From Candidatus Daviesbacteria bacterium (lineage in GTDB: Bacteria > Patescibacteriota > Microgenomatia > Daviesbacterales > UBA10151), in the NCBI GenBank assembly GCA_016432425.1, contig CP066688.1, positions 726,647 through 790,646 on the forward strand: 64,000 nucleotides of DNA. Direction: 5' to 3'. Below, in pieces: positions 46,031-58,100 of this stretch. The position numbers and the translations under genes are program-made. The first letter of the stretch is position 1, and the number at the start of each line of letters is the position of its first letter. The notes under the pieces are model-generated. The model was not told the DNA's origin. It did no database searches and was given only the letters and a program-made list of their open reading frames with translations.

Positions 46031-49018
46031 TCAAATTAAAATCTTAGCTAAATACTGTCCAGTGTAAGAAGATTTTATTTTGGCAATTTGGGCAGGAGTT
46101 CCCTCTGCTATCACTCTCCCTCCTTTATCTCCACCCTCTGGGCCCAAATCTATTACCCAATCAGTGTTTTTAATGACATCTAAATTATGCTCAATCACGA
46201 TGACCGTATTACCAAAATTAACTAATTTTCGCAGTATCGTCAGCAGCCTTTCAATGTCAGCAAAATGCAGCCCGGTAGTAGGCTCATCCAAAATATAAAC
46301 TGTCCGGCCGGTTTGCCGCTTAGACAGCTCGGAGGAAAGTTTAATCCTTTGGGCCTCACCCCCTGATAAAGTAGGGGCTGGTTGGCCCAAACGGATATAA
46401 CCCAGTCCTACATCAAAAAGAACTTGCAGTTTAGTTTTAATTACCGGAATATTTTCAAAAAACTTTAAGGCTTCCTCGACAGTCATATCCAAAACTTGAG
46501 CAATATTTTTTTCTTTAAATTCTATCTCCAAAGCTTCCCGGTTGTATCTTTGCCCGCTACAAGTTTCACAAGTAACGTAAATATCCGGCAAAAACTGCAT
46601 TTCAATTTTAATCTGGCCTTCTCCCTCACAAACCTCGCACCTGCCCCCTTTGACATTAAAAGAAAATCTGCCCGGTCTATAACCCCTAACTTTAGCCTCC
46701 GGACTATTGGCAAATAAATCCCTGATGGCAGTAAAAGCTCCGGTATAAGTAGCTGGATTAGACCGGGGGGTCCGCCCAATAGGACTTTGGTCCACTAAAA
46801 CTACTTTGTCCACATATTCAATGCCTTCGAGAGCTTTAAATTGGCCGGGTTTTTCCCTAGACCGATAAATTTTTTGAGCTAGGGCCCGATATAAAACATC
46901 ATGGATTAAAGTGGACTTACCGGATCCAGACACCCCAGTAATACAAACAAATTGGCCTAAAGGGAAATCTACATTAACATTTTTTAGATTATGTTCACAT
47001 GCACCTTTAAGTGATAATTTTCCTAAATTCACCCGTTCTCTTTTTAAATTATCGTCTACTTTAACCTGTTTGGCTCCGGATAAATACAGGCCAGTTAAAG
47101 AATTTTTATTCTTTTTAATTTCCATTGGAGTTCCCTGGGCGACAATTTTTCCTCCATGTTCCCCGGCTCCTGGCCCAATTTCGATCATTAAATCAGCATT
47201 TTCCATGGTTTCAGCGTCATGTTCGTTAACGATGACAGTGTTGCCTAGATCCCGAAGCTTTTTTAGTGTTTCAATCAACCGGGTATTATCACGTTGATGC
47301 AAGCCAATGGAAGGTTCATCTAAAACATATAACACCCCTGATAAACCTGAACCTATTTGGGAAGCCAGCCTGATTCTTTGGGATTCCCCTCCGGCCAAAG
47401 TCATGGCCGGCCGATCCAAAGTTAAATAATCCAACCCCACATCCATTAAAAACTGCAGGCGGGCTTTGATCTCTTTGAGTATGGGGGTAGCAATTTGGTT
47501 TTCTCGAACCGACAAAATCATCCCGTCATTGTTTTCAACAGATTGTTTCGCTTCGCTCGCAATGACATGGGGGGTAAGTTTCTTAATCCATGCTAAAGCC
47601 TGTTCAATTGACTGACTGGTCACCTCAGCAATATTTAATCCATTTATTGTCACAGATAAAGCTTCTTCTTTTAACCTGCCCCCGTGACATTTAGGGCAAA
47701 TTTCTTTGACCATATACTTTTCAATTTCTGCTTTGACAAAATCTGATTCCGATTCCTGGTATCTTTCTTTTAGATAATTAACTAAACCCTGGAAACTGGA
47801 ATAAAAATGGGTCCAGCGGCCCTGCCTGTTTCTACCTTCTACTTTAAACTGGTCCCCTCCGGCCCCAAAAAGTAATATTTTGCGGGCCTTCGGGTTCAAT
47901 TGCCCTAATCTGGTATTTAAATCAAACCCGTGCTCCTTGCCCACAGCTTCTATTAACCTGGTAAACCAAGTTTCATGGGTAGATAACTTAGACCAGGGTA
48001 AAATTCCTCCCTCGTTAATAGATAAAATGGGATTCAAAATTGCCTCCGGGTCTATTTCCAAGAGAGATCCTAACCCGGTACAGGTAGGACAAGCTCCATG
48101 GGGTGAGTTAAAAGAAAATAGCCTGGGTTCAATCTCCGAGAGAGCAATATTATCCACCGGACAGGCAAACCTCTCGGAATAAAGATGGTCAGTCATTTTC
48201 TTGGGTTCGGCTGGAAACTCTAAGGAGGCATCCAAAACATCAGCCACAATTACTGCGCCTTCTCCTAGTTTTAAAGCAGTTTCAATACTTTGGGAAAGTC
48301 GGGATAAAAAGGCTGGATCACTGGTAGATTTTTTTTCTATGACCAAACGGTCTACTGCCACATCAATAGAGTGTTTATTAGTTTTAATTAAAACCAAATC
48401 ACCCGCTCCGCGGGCGGAGCGAGGCGAGTCTGTTAAATCTCGGACCTGGCCATCAACCCTTACTTTAGAAAAACCCTTTTTTAAAAGATCATTAAATAGT
48501 TGTGAATACTCCCCTTTACGGTCTTTGACTATGGGAGCTAAAATCATTACTCTGCGACCCTTTTTAGAATGAGATCCTTCGACTTCGCTCAGGATGACAT
48601 TCGTCATTTGCTCAACGCTCATGCGGGAAATTTCCCGTCCGCAAATAGGACAATGAGGATGGCCAATCCGGGCAAAAAGTAACCTAAAATAGTCATAAAT
48701 CTCCGTGGTAGTGCCAACAGTGGAACGGGGGTTATGAGAGACTCCTTTTTGGTCAATGGAAATAGCCGGAGAAAGCCCTTCAATATAGTCCACATCCGGC
48801 TTGTCCATCACTCCCAAAAACTGGCGGGCATAGGCAGACAGTGATTCTACATAACGCCGCTGGCCCTCTGCATAAAGGGTATCAAAAGCTAAAGAAGATT
48901 TACCTGAACCGGATAGCCCGGTAAAAACAATCAATTTGTTTTTAGGTAGCTCTAAATCAATATTTTTAAGATTGTGTTCCCGGGCACCTTTAATGATTAT
49001 TTTGTCAGTAGTAGCCAT
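46031..49018 (-). CDS. uvrA: Excinuclease ABC subunit A
   Basis: GAREHNLKN, two Walker A motifs ([16 protein letters not shown]), zinc fingers, LSGGEAQR; start set at MATTDK. Confidence 0.98.
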   Translation of the reverse strand: MATTDKIIIKGAREHNLKNIDLELPKNKLIVFTGLSGSGKSSLAFDTLYAEGQRRYVESLSAYARQFLGVMDKPDVDYIEGLSPAISIDQKGVSHNPRSTVGTTTEIYDYFRLLFARIGHPHCPICGREISRMSVEQMTNVILSEVEGSHSKKGRRVMILAPIVKDRKGEYSQLFNDLLKKGFSKVRVDGQVRDLTDSPRSARGAGDLVLIKTNKHSIDVAVDRLVIEKKSTSDPAFLSRLSQSIETALKLGEGAVIVADVLDASLEFPAEPKKMTDHLYSERFACPVDNIALSEIEPRLFSFNSPHGACPTCTGLGSLLEIDPEAILNPILSINEGGILPWSKLSTHETWFTRLIEAVGKEHGFDLNTRLGQLNPKARKILLFGAGGDQFKVEGRNRQGRWTHFYSSFQGLVNYLKERYQESESDFVKAEIEKYMVKEICPKCHGGRLKEEALSVTINGLNIAEVTSQSIEQALAWIKKLTPHVIASEAKQSVENNDGMILSVRENQIATPILKEIKARLQFLMDVGLDYLTLDRPAMTLAGGESQRIRLASQIGSGLSGVLYVLDEPSIGLHQRDNTRLIETLKKLRDLGNTVIVNEHDAETMENADLMIEIGPGAGEHGGKIVAQGTPMEIKKNKNSLTGLYLSGAKQVKVDDNLKRERVNLGKLSLKGACEHNLKNVNVDFPLGQFVCITGVSGSGKSTLIHDVLYRALAQKIYRSREKPGQFKALEGIEYVDKVVLVDQSPIGRTPRSNPATYTGAFTAIRDLFANSPEAKVRGYRPGRFSFNVKGGRCEVCEGEGQIKIEMQFLPDIYVTCETCSGQRYNREALEIEFKEKNIAQVLDMTVEEALKFFENIPVIKTKLQVLFDVGLGYIRLGQPAPTLSGGEAQRIKLSSELSKRQTGRTVYILDEPTTGLHFADIERLLTILRKLVNFGNTVIVIEHNLDVIKNTDWVIDLGPEGGDKGGRVIAEGTPAQIAKIKSSYTGQYLAKILI

Positions 49019-49068
49019 GGTGAATGGATATTTTAGACTATTTGGCAAGATTTTTCTAGGGGTAAAGC

Positions 49069-50706
49069 TTACTTTTGGTTAATAATTCTCACAATAGTAA
49101 AAGCCAGTTCACCGCTGGGATATTTAATTTCTTTTAAAAGTTTTACTTTAGGGTCACCAGTAAATTTATCCCTTTGCAGCCGATCTGCTGACATCACAAA
49201 AATAGTCCCCACGTCTCCCCGTTCACTGGCCCAGTCAACATGGCGAAAATAAATATTCCCTACTTGAACTGGTCTAATTTTGTTAGGATTACTATAATAA
49301 TAACTTTCTACCGGAGGTAATTTAGCAACTGTTTGTTGATATAAAGCAGGATTAACTTTAGCAAAAAATAAATATTGAATGTAGCTTTCAGTGTTGGGAT
49401 CATCAAAAACTACTTTAGTATAATTAGTTTGTGTTTGAATAAAATTTACCACTTCTTTGTAACCAAAATCCCAATCCCTAGCTCTGGTGGCACTGTTAAC
49501 CACACTATAGTTAAACAAAAATAAATTTAAATCTACCAGAAGAATTAAAATTACGCCGGTAAAAATTAACCGCCTGTATTTGGAAAAATTAATGATTTGA
49601 TTTAAACCAACCGCTATCAAAACAGTTAACGGGAAGTACAGTAATAGCGAGCGATAAGTGTGAAATGGGTCTGAAGTAACTGATGCGGGAATGGGGGCAA
49701 TGATAGCCCAACCCAAAAGTAGCTTAACCTTAAGATCTAATTTTTTTAACGCCAAAACTAAACCTAAAATTAAACAAGGCAATAAAATTGCATAAAAAAC
49801 ACTATAGTTTTCGACTGCTCTCTGGCGTAAATAATCCCCGGCAAAAAATAAATTTTGAGGAGAAAAATAAGATAAATAAAGTGCTAAGAGCTGGCGAGAA
49901 AGGAGGTATGGTCGATTGTTAACCAAAAATCTTGCCGGTTGACCCTCTTCCCAACCCGGTGGCTGTCGATCTTGAGAAAAAATTGTCACCCCTAAAGCCC
50001 GATGATAACCACCTGCCCGAAAGGTTAAATTTAAAAGCGGTAACATTAAGACTGCACTAAAAATTATCAGGGGGATTAATTTAAATTTAATAGCCCACAG
50101 TTTTTTCCAATAGAAAATTAGCAGCGATAAGATAAAAAACGGAACTACAAATCTTTCTGCTTGATAAGAGTACATAGCTAGAATAAAAAATAAAACAGTA
50201 AAAAATAACCAACGGATTTGTTGATGATTGATAAACTTCAGGATAAACAAAAACCCGGCGCTAAACATAGTTAAAGCTAAATTGCCTTCAAAAGCTCCCC
50301 GCGAATAAAAAATATGCCAGGGAGAGATTGCCAAAACAAAAGTAGCCAGCAGCGAAATGTTTTTATTTCCCCACAACTGCTGACAGATTAAATAAATTAA
50401 AATCAAAGCTCCTACTCCAGCAAAAGCCGACAAAAGCCTGGTGGAAAATTCATGCAAATCAAGCAAACCAATAATGGGAGCAGATAAATATTCATAAAGC
50501 GGTAAAAAGAAAACTTCAAAAGAGCGGAAAACAATCGGGAATTTCATCCCAAACTCATCCTGACCGGTTTGCCAAATTGAATAAGAGTTATAACCGAGTG
50601 CCGCTTCATCCCGGAAAAATCCTGAAGGAATGTTGCCTAAAGCTGTCAAACGCAATCCGATTCCTAAAATTAGTATTAAAAACAAGAGTTTTAATTGGTT
50701 AGACAT
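49069..50706 (-). CDS. GT-C glycosyltransferase (ArnT/PMT-like)
   Basis: [19 protein letters not shown], many TM helices. Confidence 0.85.
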   Translation of the reverse strand: MSNQLKLLFLILILGIGLRLTALGNIPSGFFRDEAALGYNSYSIWQTGQDEFGMKFPIVFRSFEVFFLPLYEYLSAPIIGLLDLHEFSTRLLSAFAGVGALILIYLICQQLWGNKNISLLATFVLAISPWHIFYSRGAFEGNLALTMFSAGFLFILKFINHQQIRWLFFTVLFFILAMYSYQAERFVVPFFILSLLIFYWKKLWAIKFKLIPLIIFSAVLMLPLLNLTFRAGGYHRALGVTIFSQDRQPPGWEEGQPARFLVNNRPYLLSRQLLALYLSYFSPQNLFFAGDYLRQRAVENYSVFYAILLPCLILGLVLALKKLDLKVKLLLGWAIIAPIPASVTSDPFHTYRSLLLYFPLTVLIAVGLNQIINFSKYRRLIFTGVILILLVDLNLFLFNYSVVNSATRARDWDFGYKEVVNFIQTQTNYTKVVFDDPNTESYIQYLFFAKVNPALYQQTVAKLPPVESYYYSNPNKIRPVQVGNIYFRHVDWASERGDVGTIFVMSADRLQRDKFTGDPKVKLLKEIKYPSGELAFTIVRIINQK

Positions 50707-51454
50707 AGAATGAGATTAATTGCAAAAGATAAATTATTGTTGATAAAATCAGTAGAAGATGGCTAAACAGATCTTTGCGTTTGAGAAAGGTCATTAAACC
50801 TCCCGTGACCAAACAAGTTAATGGAAAAATAACTAAAAACCCAGCTAGTGTAGTTTGGTCTGCCAGCAATACTGGGATCATCAGGGAAAAAATTATCCAG
50901 CCTAGATAGAACCAAACTAAGTCTGGCTTGGTTTTTAAAAAGCCAATGATTAAAAATGGGATAGTTATCCAAAATAACTTCAGGTTTTCTCTAACCCCAG
51001 CCCGCTCGCGGGGATGATTACTAAAAAATAAATTACCAATATCAAAATTCTGGAAAAATAACTTTTCGCGATACCTAAATGATTCAACTAGTTTATTTTC
51101 TGCTAAATTAGTTAATATTTTTTCTGGAGTTCCTTGGCCTGTGACTGTGGAAATTAAAGTCCGCTTCTGATCAACATTTTGGCTGATTTGTTCCGGAATA
51201 ATTAGTACAGAAGTCAGAAAAATTAAGCCAGCAGCTAACAGTAACACTGAACCAGCCCGGTAAAAATTTGAAGTGATAATTTTTGTGGAAATTAAGCCAA
51301 TTACCAGGGGTATGAGGTAAAAATAATTATTTAAATAAAATAGCCAAGGTGAACTAGCTAAAAGCAAACCAAACAAACCAATAAGACTTAAATTATATTT
51401 AAATCTTTTGAGCAGCAACAGACATAGTATAATAAAAGCAATTTTAACGAACAT
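50699..51454 (-). CDS. Membrane protein resembling a GT-C fragment
   Basis: SSPW, NLFFSNHPRER, many TM helices; overlaps the downstream GT-C gene. Confidence 0.55.
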   Translation of the reverse strand: MFVKIAFIILCLLLLKRFKYNLSLIGLFGLLLASSPWLFYLNNYFYLIPLVIGLISTKIITSNFYRAGSVLLLAAGLIFLTSVLIIPEQISQNVDQKRTLISTVTGQGTPEKILTNLAENKLVESFRYREKLFFQNFDIGNLFFSNHPRERAGVRENLKLFWITIPFLIIGFLKTKPDLVWFYLGWIIFSLMIPVLLADQTTLAGFLVIFPLTCLVTGGLMTFLKRKDLFSHLLLILSTIIYLLQLISFYV

Positions 51455-51465
51455 AAAATTATTAT

Positions 51466-52134
51466 ATGCACTTATCAGTCATCATTCCAGTTTATAACGA
51501 GGAAAAAACTGTCGAAGCGCTCCTAAAAAAAGTCTTGAGTTTAAAAAATATTTTTGAAGTAATTGTGGTTAATGATGGCTCTGAGGATCAAACAAAAGGA
51601 CAATTAGATAAAATCAAAAATCCTAAACTAAAAGTATTTCATCACCCTGTTAATCAAGGTAAGGGAGCGGCTGTTAGAGATGGAATTAAGAAGGCCAAAG
51701 GAGATTTTTTAATTATCCAAGATGCAGATTTAGAATATGATCCCCATCAGTTTGGTAAGCTAATGGACCAAGCTACCATGAACTTAGTAGTTTATGGTTC
51801 CCGAATTTTGGGTCATAACAGACACAGTTATATCAGAACTTATTTAGGAAATGTGTTGGTGACTAATTTTTATAATTTGTTATATTTTAAACATTTAACT
51901 GATACCTATACCTGCTACAAATTAATCCCCACTAAAATTGCCCAAAAATTAAAATTAGCATCCAATGGTTTTGAAATTGAAGCAGAGATTACTGCCAAAT
52001 TAACCAAAATGGGAGTTAGAATTATTGAAGTTCCAATTAAATTTAAACCAAGAAGTTATGAACAGGGTAAAAAAATTAAGGCTAAGGATGCCCTTCTAGG
52101 CTTGTGGACATATCTAAAAATTAAGTGGATGTAA
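51466..52134 (+). CDS. GT2 glycosyltransferase (polyprenol-phosphate sugar synthase-like)
   Basis: SVIIPVYNE, VNDGS, GKGAA, QDADLEYDP, FEIEAEIT. Confidence 0.92.
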   Translation: MHLSVIIPVYNEEKTVEALLKKVLSLKNIFEVIVVNDGSEDQTKGQLDKIKNPKLKVFHHPVNQGKGAAVRDGIKKAKGDFLIIQDADLEYDPHQFGKLMDQATMNLVVYGSRILGHNRHSYIRTYLGNVLVTNFYNLLYFKHLTDTYTCYKLIPTKIAQKLKLASNGFEIEAEITAKLTKMGVRIIEVPIKFKPRSYEQGKKIKAKDALLGLWTYLKIKWM

Positions 52135-52156
52135 TTGTTGTGGTAGAATTTGGTTT

Positions 52157-52558
52157 ATGGAAGAAAGGTTTGAACCAATTGGACAACAGGATGATTTAGA
52201 TGATGTCTTTGACCGGGTACGAGAAAGAATTATTGCTAAGTATGGTTCACCTGAAGGCCCACCAACAACAGAAGCCAGAGTAGATGCTCTCCTTTTAGTG
52301 CTTACTTTGAGTGGCAAAGCTAAGATGGATTCACTGTCTGATACCGACACCGCGAGAGAGCGTGATCTGCAAGAGGCAGATAGCTGGGATAGCGCTATCA
52401 GAGCTGCTACTCATGAAGATAATTGGGTACCTTTGAAAAAAGAAATTCTGTCTCTGGCTAGGTTAGTCAAAGAAGAAAGCACTACTGATAAGAATCCGGG
52501 ATTATTGCAACAAGAAGCAGATGCTTATACTAAGCTGGCCAACTCCTTAGGTGTTTAA
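52157..52558 (+). CDS. Hypothetical protein
   Basis: 133-aa acidic helical ORF; TAGAAT upstream. Confidence 0.55.
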   Translation: MEERFEPIGQQDDLDDVFDRVRERIIAKYGSPEGPPTTEARVDALLLVLTLSGKAKMDSLSDTDTARERDLQEADSWDSAIRAATHEDNWVPLKKEILSLARLVKEESTTDKNPGLLQQEADAYTKLANSLGV

Positions 52559-54511
52559 TTCTTTGATTTGATCCCGCAGTCTGGCTGCGGTTTCAAAGTC
52601 TAAAATTTCTGCTGCTTGTTTCATTTGTGCTTCCAAAGTTTTAACCATTTTCTCTCTTTCTTTAATGGGAATATCCTCTACTGTTAAAACTTCCTCTCCG
52701 GTTTCCGCCTCTACTTTTTCAATTAACCGATCCCTCATTGGTTTAACAATAGCTTTAGGGGTAATGTTGTGTTTTTGGTTGTAATCTTGTTGGTATTTAC
52801 GCCGGCGTTCCACCTCATCAATGGCCGCTTTCATGGATCCAGTGATCACATCGCCGTACATGATGACCTTGCCATCAATATGTCGGGCTGCCCTACCCAT
52901 GGTTTGGATTAAAGAAGTTTTAGACCTTAAAAACCCTTCTTTGTCCGCATCTAAAATAGCTACCAGGGATACTTCCGGTAAATCCAAACCTTCCCGCAGC
53001 AGGTTAATTCCCACGATCACATCATATTCCCCTAGTCTTAAAGCCTGCAAAATATCAGTTCGCTCTAACGTTTTAACATCAGAATGCAGATAATGCACCT
53101 TGATACCTTTTTCGGCTAAAAATTCCGCCAAATCTTCAGCCATTCTTTTAGTTAAAGTAGTTACCAAAGTCCGCTCACCTAGTTTAACCCGTTGTTTAAT
53201 TTCTTCCATTAGATCATTAATTTGGCCTTTAATAGGGCGCACTTCCACTGCCGGATCCAAAATTCCGGTTGGCCTAATCAGTTGCTCTACCACCCCCTCT
53301 TTCCCAGCTAAACTTAGTTCATATTCATCAGGAGTAGCAGAAGTAAAAATAACTTTATTCATAAAACGGGCAAACTCATCAAATTTTAAAGGGCGATTAT
53401 CCAAAGCTGAAGGCAACCTAAAGCCAAAATCAATCAAAGTTTCTTTTCTGGAGTGGTCGCCATGATACATGCCTCTGATTTGGGGAATGGTCATGTGTGA
53501 TTCATCAATCACCATTAAAAAGTCTTTGGGGAAATAATGCAGCAAGGTATAAGGAGGTTCCCCGGGTTCTCTACCATCAAAATAGCGGGAGTAATTTTCA
53601 ATACCGTTGCAAAATCCATATTGGCGGATCATTTCCAAATCATAATTAGTCCGCTGTTCCAGCCTTTGAACTTCCACCAACTTGCCTCTAGTTTTCAAAT
53701 CTTTAACCCGCTTTTTTAAATCATGTTCAATTTGTATCAGAGCCGGTTTTAACCGTTGCTCAGGAGTAATGTAGTGTTTGGCCGGATAAATAATTTGAGT
53801 TTCCTCCACCGGAGTCAGATCTGCTGTCAAAGGATCTAAAATAGCCACCCTTTCTACCTCGTTACCTAAAAATTGTACCCTTAAAGCACTGTCTTTATAG
53901 GCAGGGAAAACATCTACAGTATCCCCTTTCACCCGAAATGTGCCTCTTTTAAAATCTACGTCATTTCTTTCATAATAAATTTTGCTTAAAAATTTAATAA
54001 TCTGGTCGAAAGTGGCCTTCATCCCCCGTTTTAACTCTAAAATAGACTGGCCGTATTCTACCGGAGAACCTAAGTTGTAAATGGCAGAAACGGAAGCAAC
54101 CACTATTACATCAGATCTGGTCATTAAAGAGGCAGTGGTAGATAGCCTGAGCTTTTCAATTTCTTCATTAATGGAAGCATCTTTTTCTATATAAGTATCA
54201 GATTGGGGAATATAAGCTTCCGGCTGGTAATAATCATAATAAGAGACAAAATATTCGACAGCATTTTGAGGGAATAATGATCTAAACTCCTGGGTCAACT
54301 GGGCGGCTAAAGTTTTATTATGGGAAATCACCAGAGTTGGTTTTTGGATCCGCTCAATAACTTGAGCTGCAGTAAAAGTTTTCCCGGAACCGGTTACCCC
54401 TAAAAGAACTTGGTGTTCTCTACCGGCATTGATGCCTTTAACCAGTTGCTCAATTGCTTGAGGCTGATCTCCGGTAGGTTTAAAATCGGAAGAAATTTGA
54501 AATTTAGCCAT
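52547..54511 (-). CDS. uvrB: Excinuclease ABC subunit B
   Basis: GVTGSGKT, YYDYYQPEAY, DESH, QTMGRAAR, C-terminal UVR domain. Confidence 0.98.
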   Translation of the reverse strand: MAKFQISSDFKPTGDQPQAIEQLVKGINAGREHQVLLGVTGSGKTFTAAQVIERIQKPTLVISHNKTLAAQLTQEFRSLFPQNAVEYFVSYYDYYQPEAYIPQSDTYIEKDASINEEIEKLRLSTTASLMTRSDVIVVASVSAIYNLGSPVEYGQSILELKRGMKATFDQIIKFLSKIYYERNDVDFKRGTFRVKGDTVDVFPAYKDSALRVQFLGNEVERVAILDPLTADLTPVEETQIIYPAKHYITPEQRLKPALIQIEHDLKKRVKDLKTRGKLVEVQRLEQRTNYDLEMIRQYGFCNGIENYSRYFDGREPGEPPYTLLHYFPKDFLMVIDESHMTIPQIRGMYHGDHSRKETLIDFGFRLPSALDNRPLKFDEFARFMNKVIFTSATPDEYELSLAGKEGVVEQLIRPTGILDPAVEVRPIKGQINDLMEEIKQRVKLGERTLVTTLTKRMAEDLAEFLAEKGIKVHYLHSDVKTLERTDILQALRLGEYDVIVGINLLREGLDLPEVSLVAILDADKEGFLRSKTSLIQTMGRAARHIDGKVIMYGDVITGSMKAAIDEVERRRKYQQDYNQKHNITPKAIVKPMRDRLIEKVEAETGEEVLTVEDIPIKEREKMVKTLEAQMKQAAEILDFETAARLRDQIKELNT

Positions 54512-54613
54512 AATAGCTAATTATACAACGAAGGGGACCTGAAGACTAACCTCTTGCTATTTTCTTACCTGATCTTAGGGTTTTCTTTAAGTGTAAGTGC
54601 TTAAATTAAAGTT

Positions 54614-55123
54614 ATGGCTGATCAAACATTGCAGAAAACTGAAGGTCAACTGCCCAGTTATTTATCAGAGGCCCAGTTAAGTTTTATCACTCAAAAAACA
54701 CCTAAACAATATATTAAAACCCGGCCAGGCCCTGGAGGGATCCCTTTATCTTATGTTGAAGTTGGATATGTCATCAATATGTTAAACCAGGTGTTTGGCT
54801 GGGACTGGGATTTTAGGATCTTAGAGGAGCAGATTGGTAAAAAGCAGGTTTGGGTCAGGGGTGAGCTGACTGTCAGAGCCAGGGGCCACTCTATCACTAA
54901 GGGTCAGTTTGGAGGGGCAGATATTAAATTTAATAGAATTAGTGGGGAACCCATTTCCATTGCCGATGATTTAAAAGCTGCCGGCTCGGATTGTTTAAAA
55001 AAATGTGCCTCCATGTTGGGAATTGCCGGGGATGTCTATTGGAAAGAGCTGGAATTTCAAGCATCAGAGGAAGAAACCACTTCCACACAACAACCAGCAT
55101 ATTCTCATAAAGTTTCATATTGA
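54614..55123 (+). CDS. Rad52/Rad22-family single-strand annealing protein
   Basis: RPGPGG..LSYVE...NQVFGWDW...KAAGSDCLKKCASMLG matches the Rad52 N-terminal core pattern. Confidence 0.85.
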   Translation: MADQTLQKTEGQLPSYLSEAQLSFITQKTPKQYIKTRPGPGGIPLSYVEVGYVINMLNQVFGWDWDFRILEEQIGKKQVWVRGELTVRARGHSITKGQFGGADIKFNRISGEPISIADDLKAAGSDCLKKCASMLGIAGDVYWKELEFQASEEETTSTQQPAYSHKVSY

Positions 55124-55183
55124 TTCCCACTTGTATTTTTAATCATTATAGGGTAGAGTCAAGTTGTTAGACTGATTTTTACC

Positions 55184-58100
55184 TTGAAAATATTTAAAAA
55201 AGTATTTGCTATATTTTCTGTCCTGGCTCTGATTTGGAGCCAAATACTTGCCCCTTCTTTAATCTTGGCCCAGGAGGTTACCTCATCCTCTAGCGCAGAG
55301 TTAAGTGTTTCCCAAGAACCATCCCCCACCCCCTCACCTACTCTCATCCTGGATGAAAATTTACAAGCTCCACCGGCCACCGAGTCAGCAGTGATCATTG
55401 ATACTACCCCCGCTGAAAACGAGCCAAGTGCCACTGTCACACCGGAGGTTTGGCAAGGCAATGAGGATGGATCATCCACTACTACTGCTAATGTAGTTTT
55501 AAACCAAATATACAAAGCCCCTCAAAATGATAAAGTAACAGTTACTTTTACTAAGTTACCGGAACCCCCGGGAACATTAACCATTAAGCAGATCATTTTA
55601 TCCCAGGAAGATAAGGAAGATTTGGGAGCTTTCTCGGATACAGCTTATGAAATTACCTCCACTATGCAGAATGAAACATTTGAGTATGATCTCACCCTTC
55701 CATTGCCCAGTGAGGCAAAAGATAAAGATATAGAAATAAAAGTAGCAGAAAATGTTGACGGATTAGATTCCGGAGAAACAGTTGAACCCAAAGAAAAGAC
55801 AGCAGAGTTTGTTAAAATTACAGGCTTAAACCATTTTACAGTCTTTGTATTAGTCCCACCCGCTACAACAGGGGTAACTAATCAGGCAATTGCAGTTGTT
55901 GCAGATGCATATATCAAACAAGATGCCACCACAACTAATTTCGGTAACACTGGTGGAGACATTATTAGTGTCTATTCTAGAACCACTAATATGAATCGGA
56001 GAGCTGTAGTTAAGTTTGATATATCCTCAATTCCTACAGGATCAACTGTATCCAACGCTACATTAAAACTTAAAATTACTAACCCTCCAGATGTATCAAG
56101 ACAGCATGATGTATACAAAATTACTGCTGATTGGGTAGAGGGGGATGGGGGAACAAACAATTCTCCTGTAGGTGAGGTTGCCTGGGATAGTCTTAATGGT
56201 ACCCGTACACCTACTTTAACTTTTTCAGGATCACCTACATCATCTGTCACTACTGGAACTACAGATAATACAGTGATCAGTTGGAATGTAACTGCAGATG
56301 TAAATGCTTATCTTGCAGGAAGTACTACGAATTATGGGTGGATTATTAGGGATAGCGTAGAAGATGGAACAAGTACTGATGATTATTCTGTAGATTATGC
56401 AGCTTCTACAGCTACTAGTGCCAATAGACCACAGCTTTCTATCACCTTTGACCAGTCAAATGTTTCAGGCTACCATCACGCCACATCACAGGCTGCAGTT
56501 ACTAGTTCTGCAGGTGACAACACAGGTTATCAGACAAACCCAACCTCTGTTTTTGCACCGGATAATATCTATGCAGTTGATACTGACTCAGGTACCGCTA
56601 CTAATGATACCTGTACAGGAACAGGCAACGACAAACACATCTTTTCTAATTTTGACTTAGATACTCAAATCCCTGACGGGGATGTAATAGATGGTATTGA
56701 GGTTAGACAGGATTTAAAGGTTGACTCCCTTACAAGTTCACCATTTAGCTGTGTAGAAATTTCCTGGGATGGTGGAGCTAACTGGACTTCTGTTGAACAC
56801 AAACAAACATTATCAACAACCACTGAAACTTCCTATACTTTTGGAAGCAGCATTGATACTTGGGGTAGAACCTGGAGTAAAAATGGCACTGCCAACGATT
56901 TTTCGAACCCTAATTTCAGGGTTAGAGTGATAAATGGAGATACAAACAGCGGTGGTTCTGGTAGGGATTTCTCGCTCGACTGGATTGGAGCAAAGATTAC
57001 CCATTATACGCCAGGTACTATTGTGATTATTAAAAATAGTGTCCCTAATGATGAGCAGGATTTTTCTTTTACCACCTCAGGTGATGGTTTATCTGATTTT
57101 AGCTTGGATGATGATACTGACAATACTTTGTCAAACCAGCAAACTTTTACCAATCTTACCCCGGGTTCATACGATGTTGTGGAAGATGGAGTTGACGGCT
57201 GGCAATTAACAGATCTTTCCTGTGATGATGACAATTCAGAAACTGATTTAGATAACGGAGCAACCATCAATGTAGAGGCCGGAGAAACTGTAACTTGTAC
57301 CTTTGAAAATACAAAAAGAGCAAGGATTATGGTGGATAAAGTTACTGACCCCTCAGGAAACCCTCAAAGTTTTGATTTTAATCTTACCGGAGGGATATCC
57401 GAGATTGTTGATGAGAGTTTTTCTTTAACGGACGGGTCGGAAGAGTTCTCAACCGGTTTCTCGCTGGAACCAGGTGATGGTTATAGTATTTCTGAAGATC
57501 TGCCGGAAGGCTGGGATCTAACATCAGCTACGTGTAGTGACGACAGTTCAGTTGATAATATTTCTTTAGATGCGGGAGAATCAGTTACATGTACATTTAT
57601 CAATACTAAGCTAGGTTCTATTAGTGGGTATAAATTCTATGATTGGGACGGAGACGGCATTTGGGATGATACTGAAGATCCGATTGAGGAATGGCTAATC
57701 AACTTAAGTGGTGCTGCGGAAGAAGAAACTACTACAGAGTCTGGGGAATGGGGTGACTGGGGCTATTACTTCTTTGGCAATCTTCTACCAGGCATTTATA
57801 ATGTCTGCGAAGGTACAGAAAATAATTGGATACAAACCTTCCCTACCAGTGGTTTTGGCTGTGATAATGGTACAGTAGGATATGAAATTCCGTTATCTGC
57901 TGGGCAAGAAAGTACGGGTAACAATTTTGGTAATACCCAACCAGGTAGCATTTCCGGGCAAAAATTTGAAGATTTAGATGGCGATGGGATAAAAGATGAA
58001 GACGAGATCGGAATTGAGGGGTGGACTATCTTTTTAGATACAGATAGTGATGGTGTTTTGGATGAGGATGAAGTATCAACAGACACTGATGGGGACGGAA

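Noticed and set aside
46080-53719. Plus-strand ORFs inside uvrA and uvrB
   Set aside because: Antisense shadows of conserved genes.
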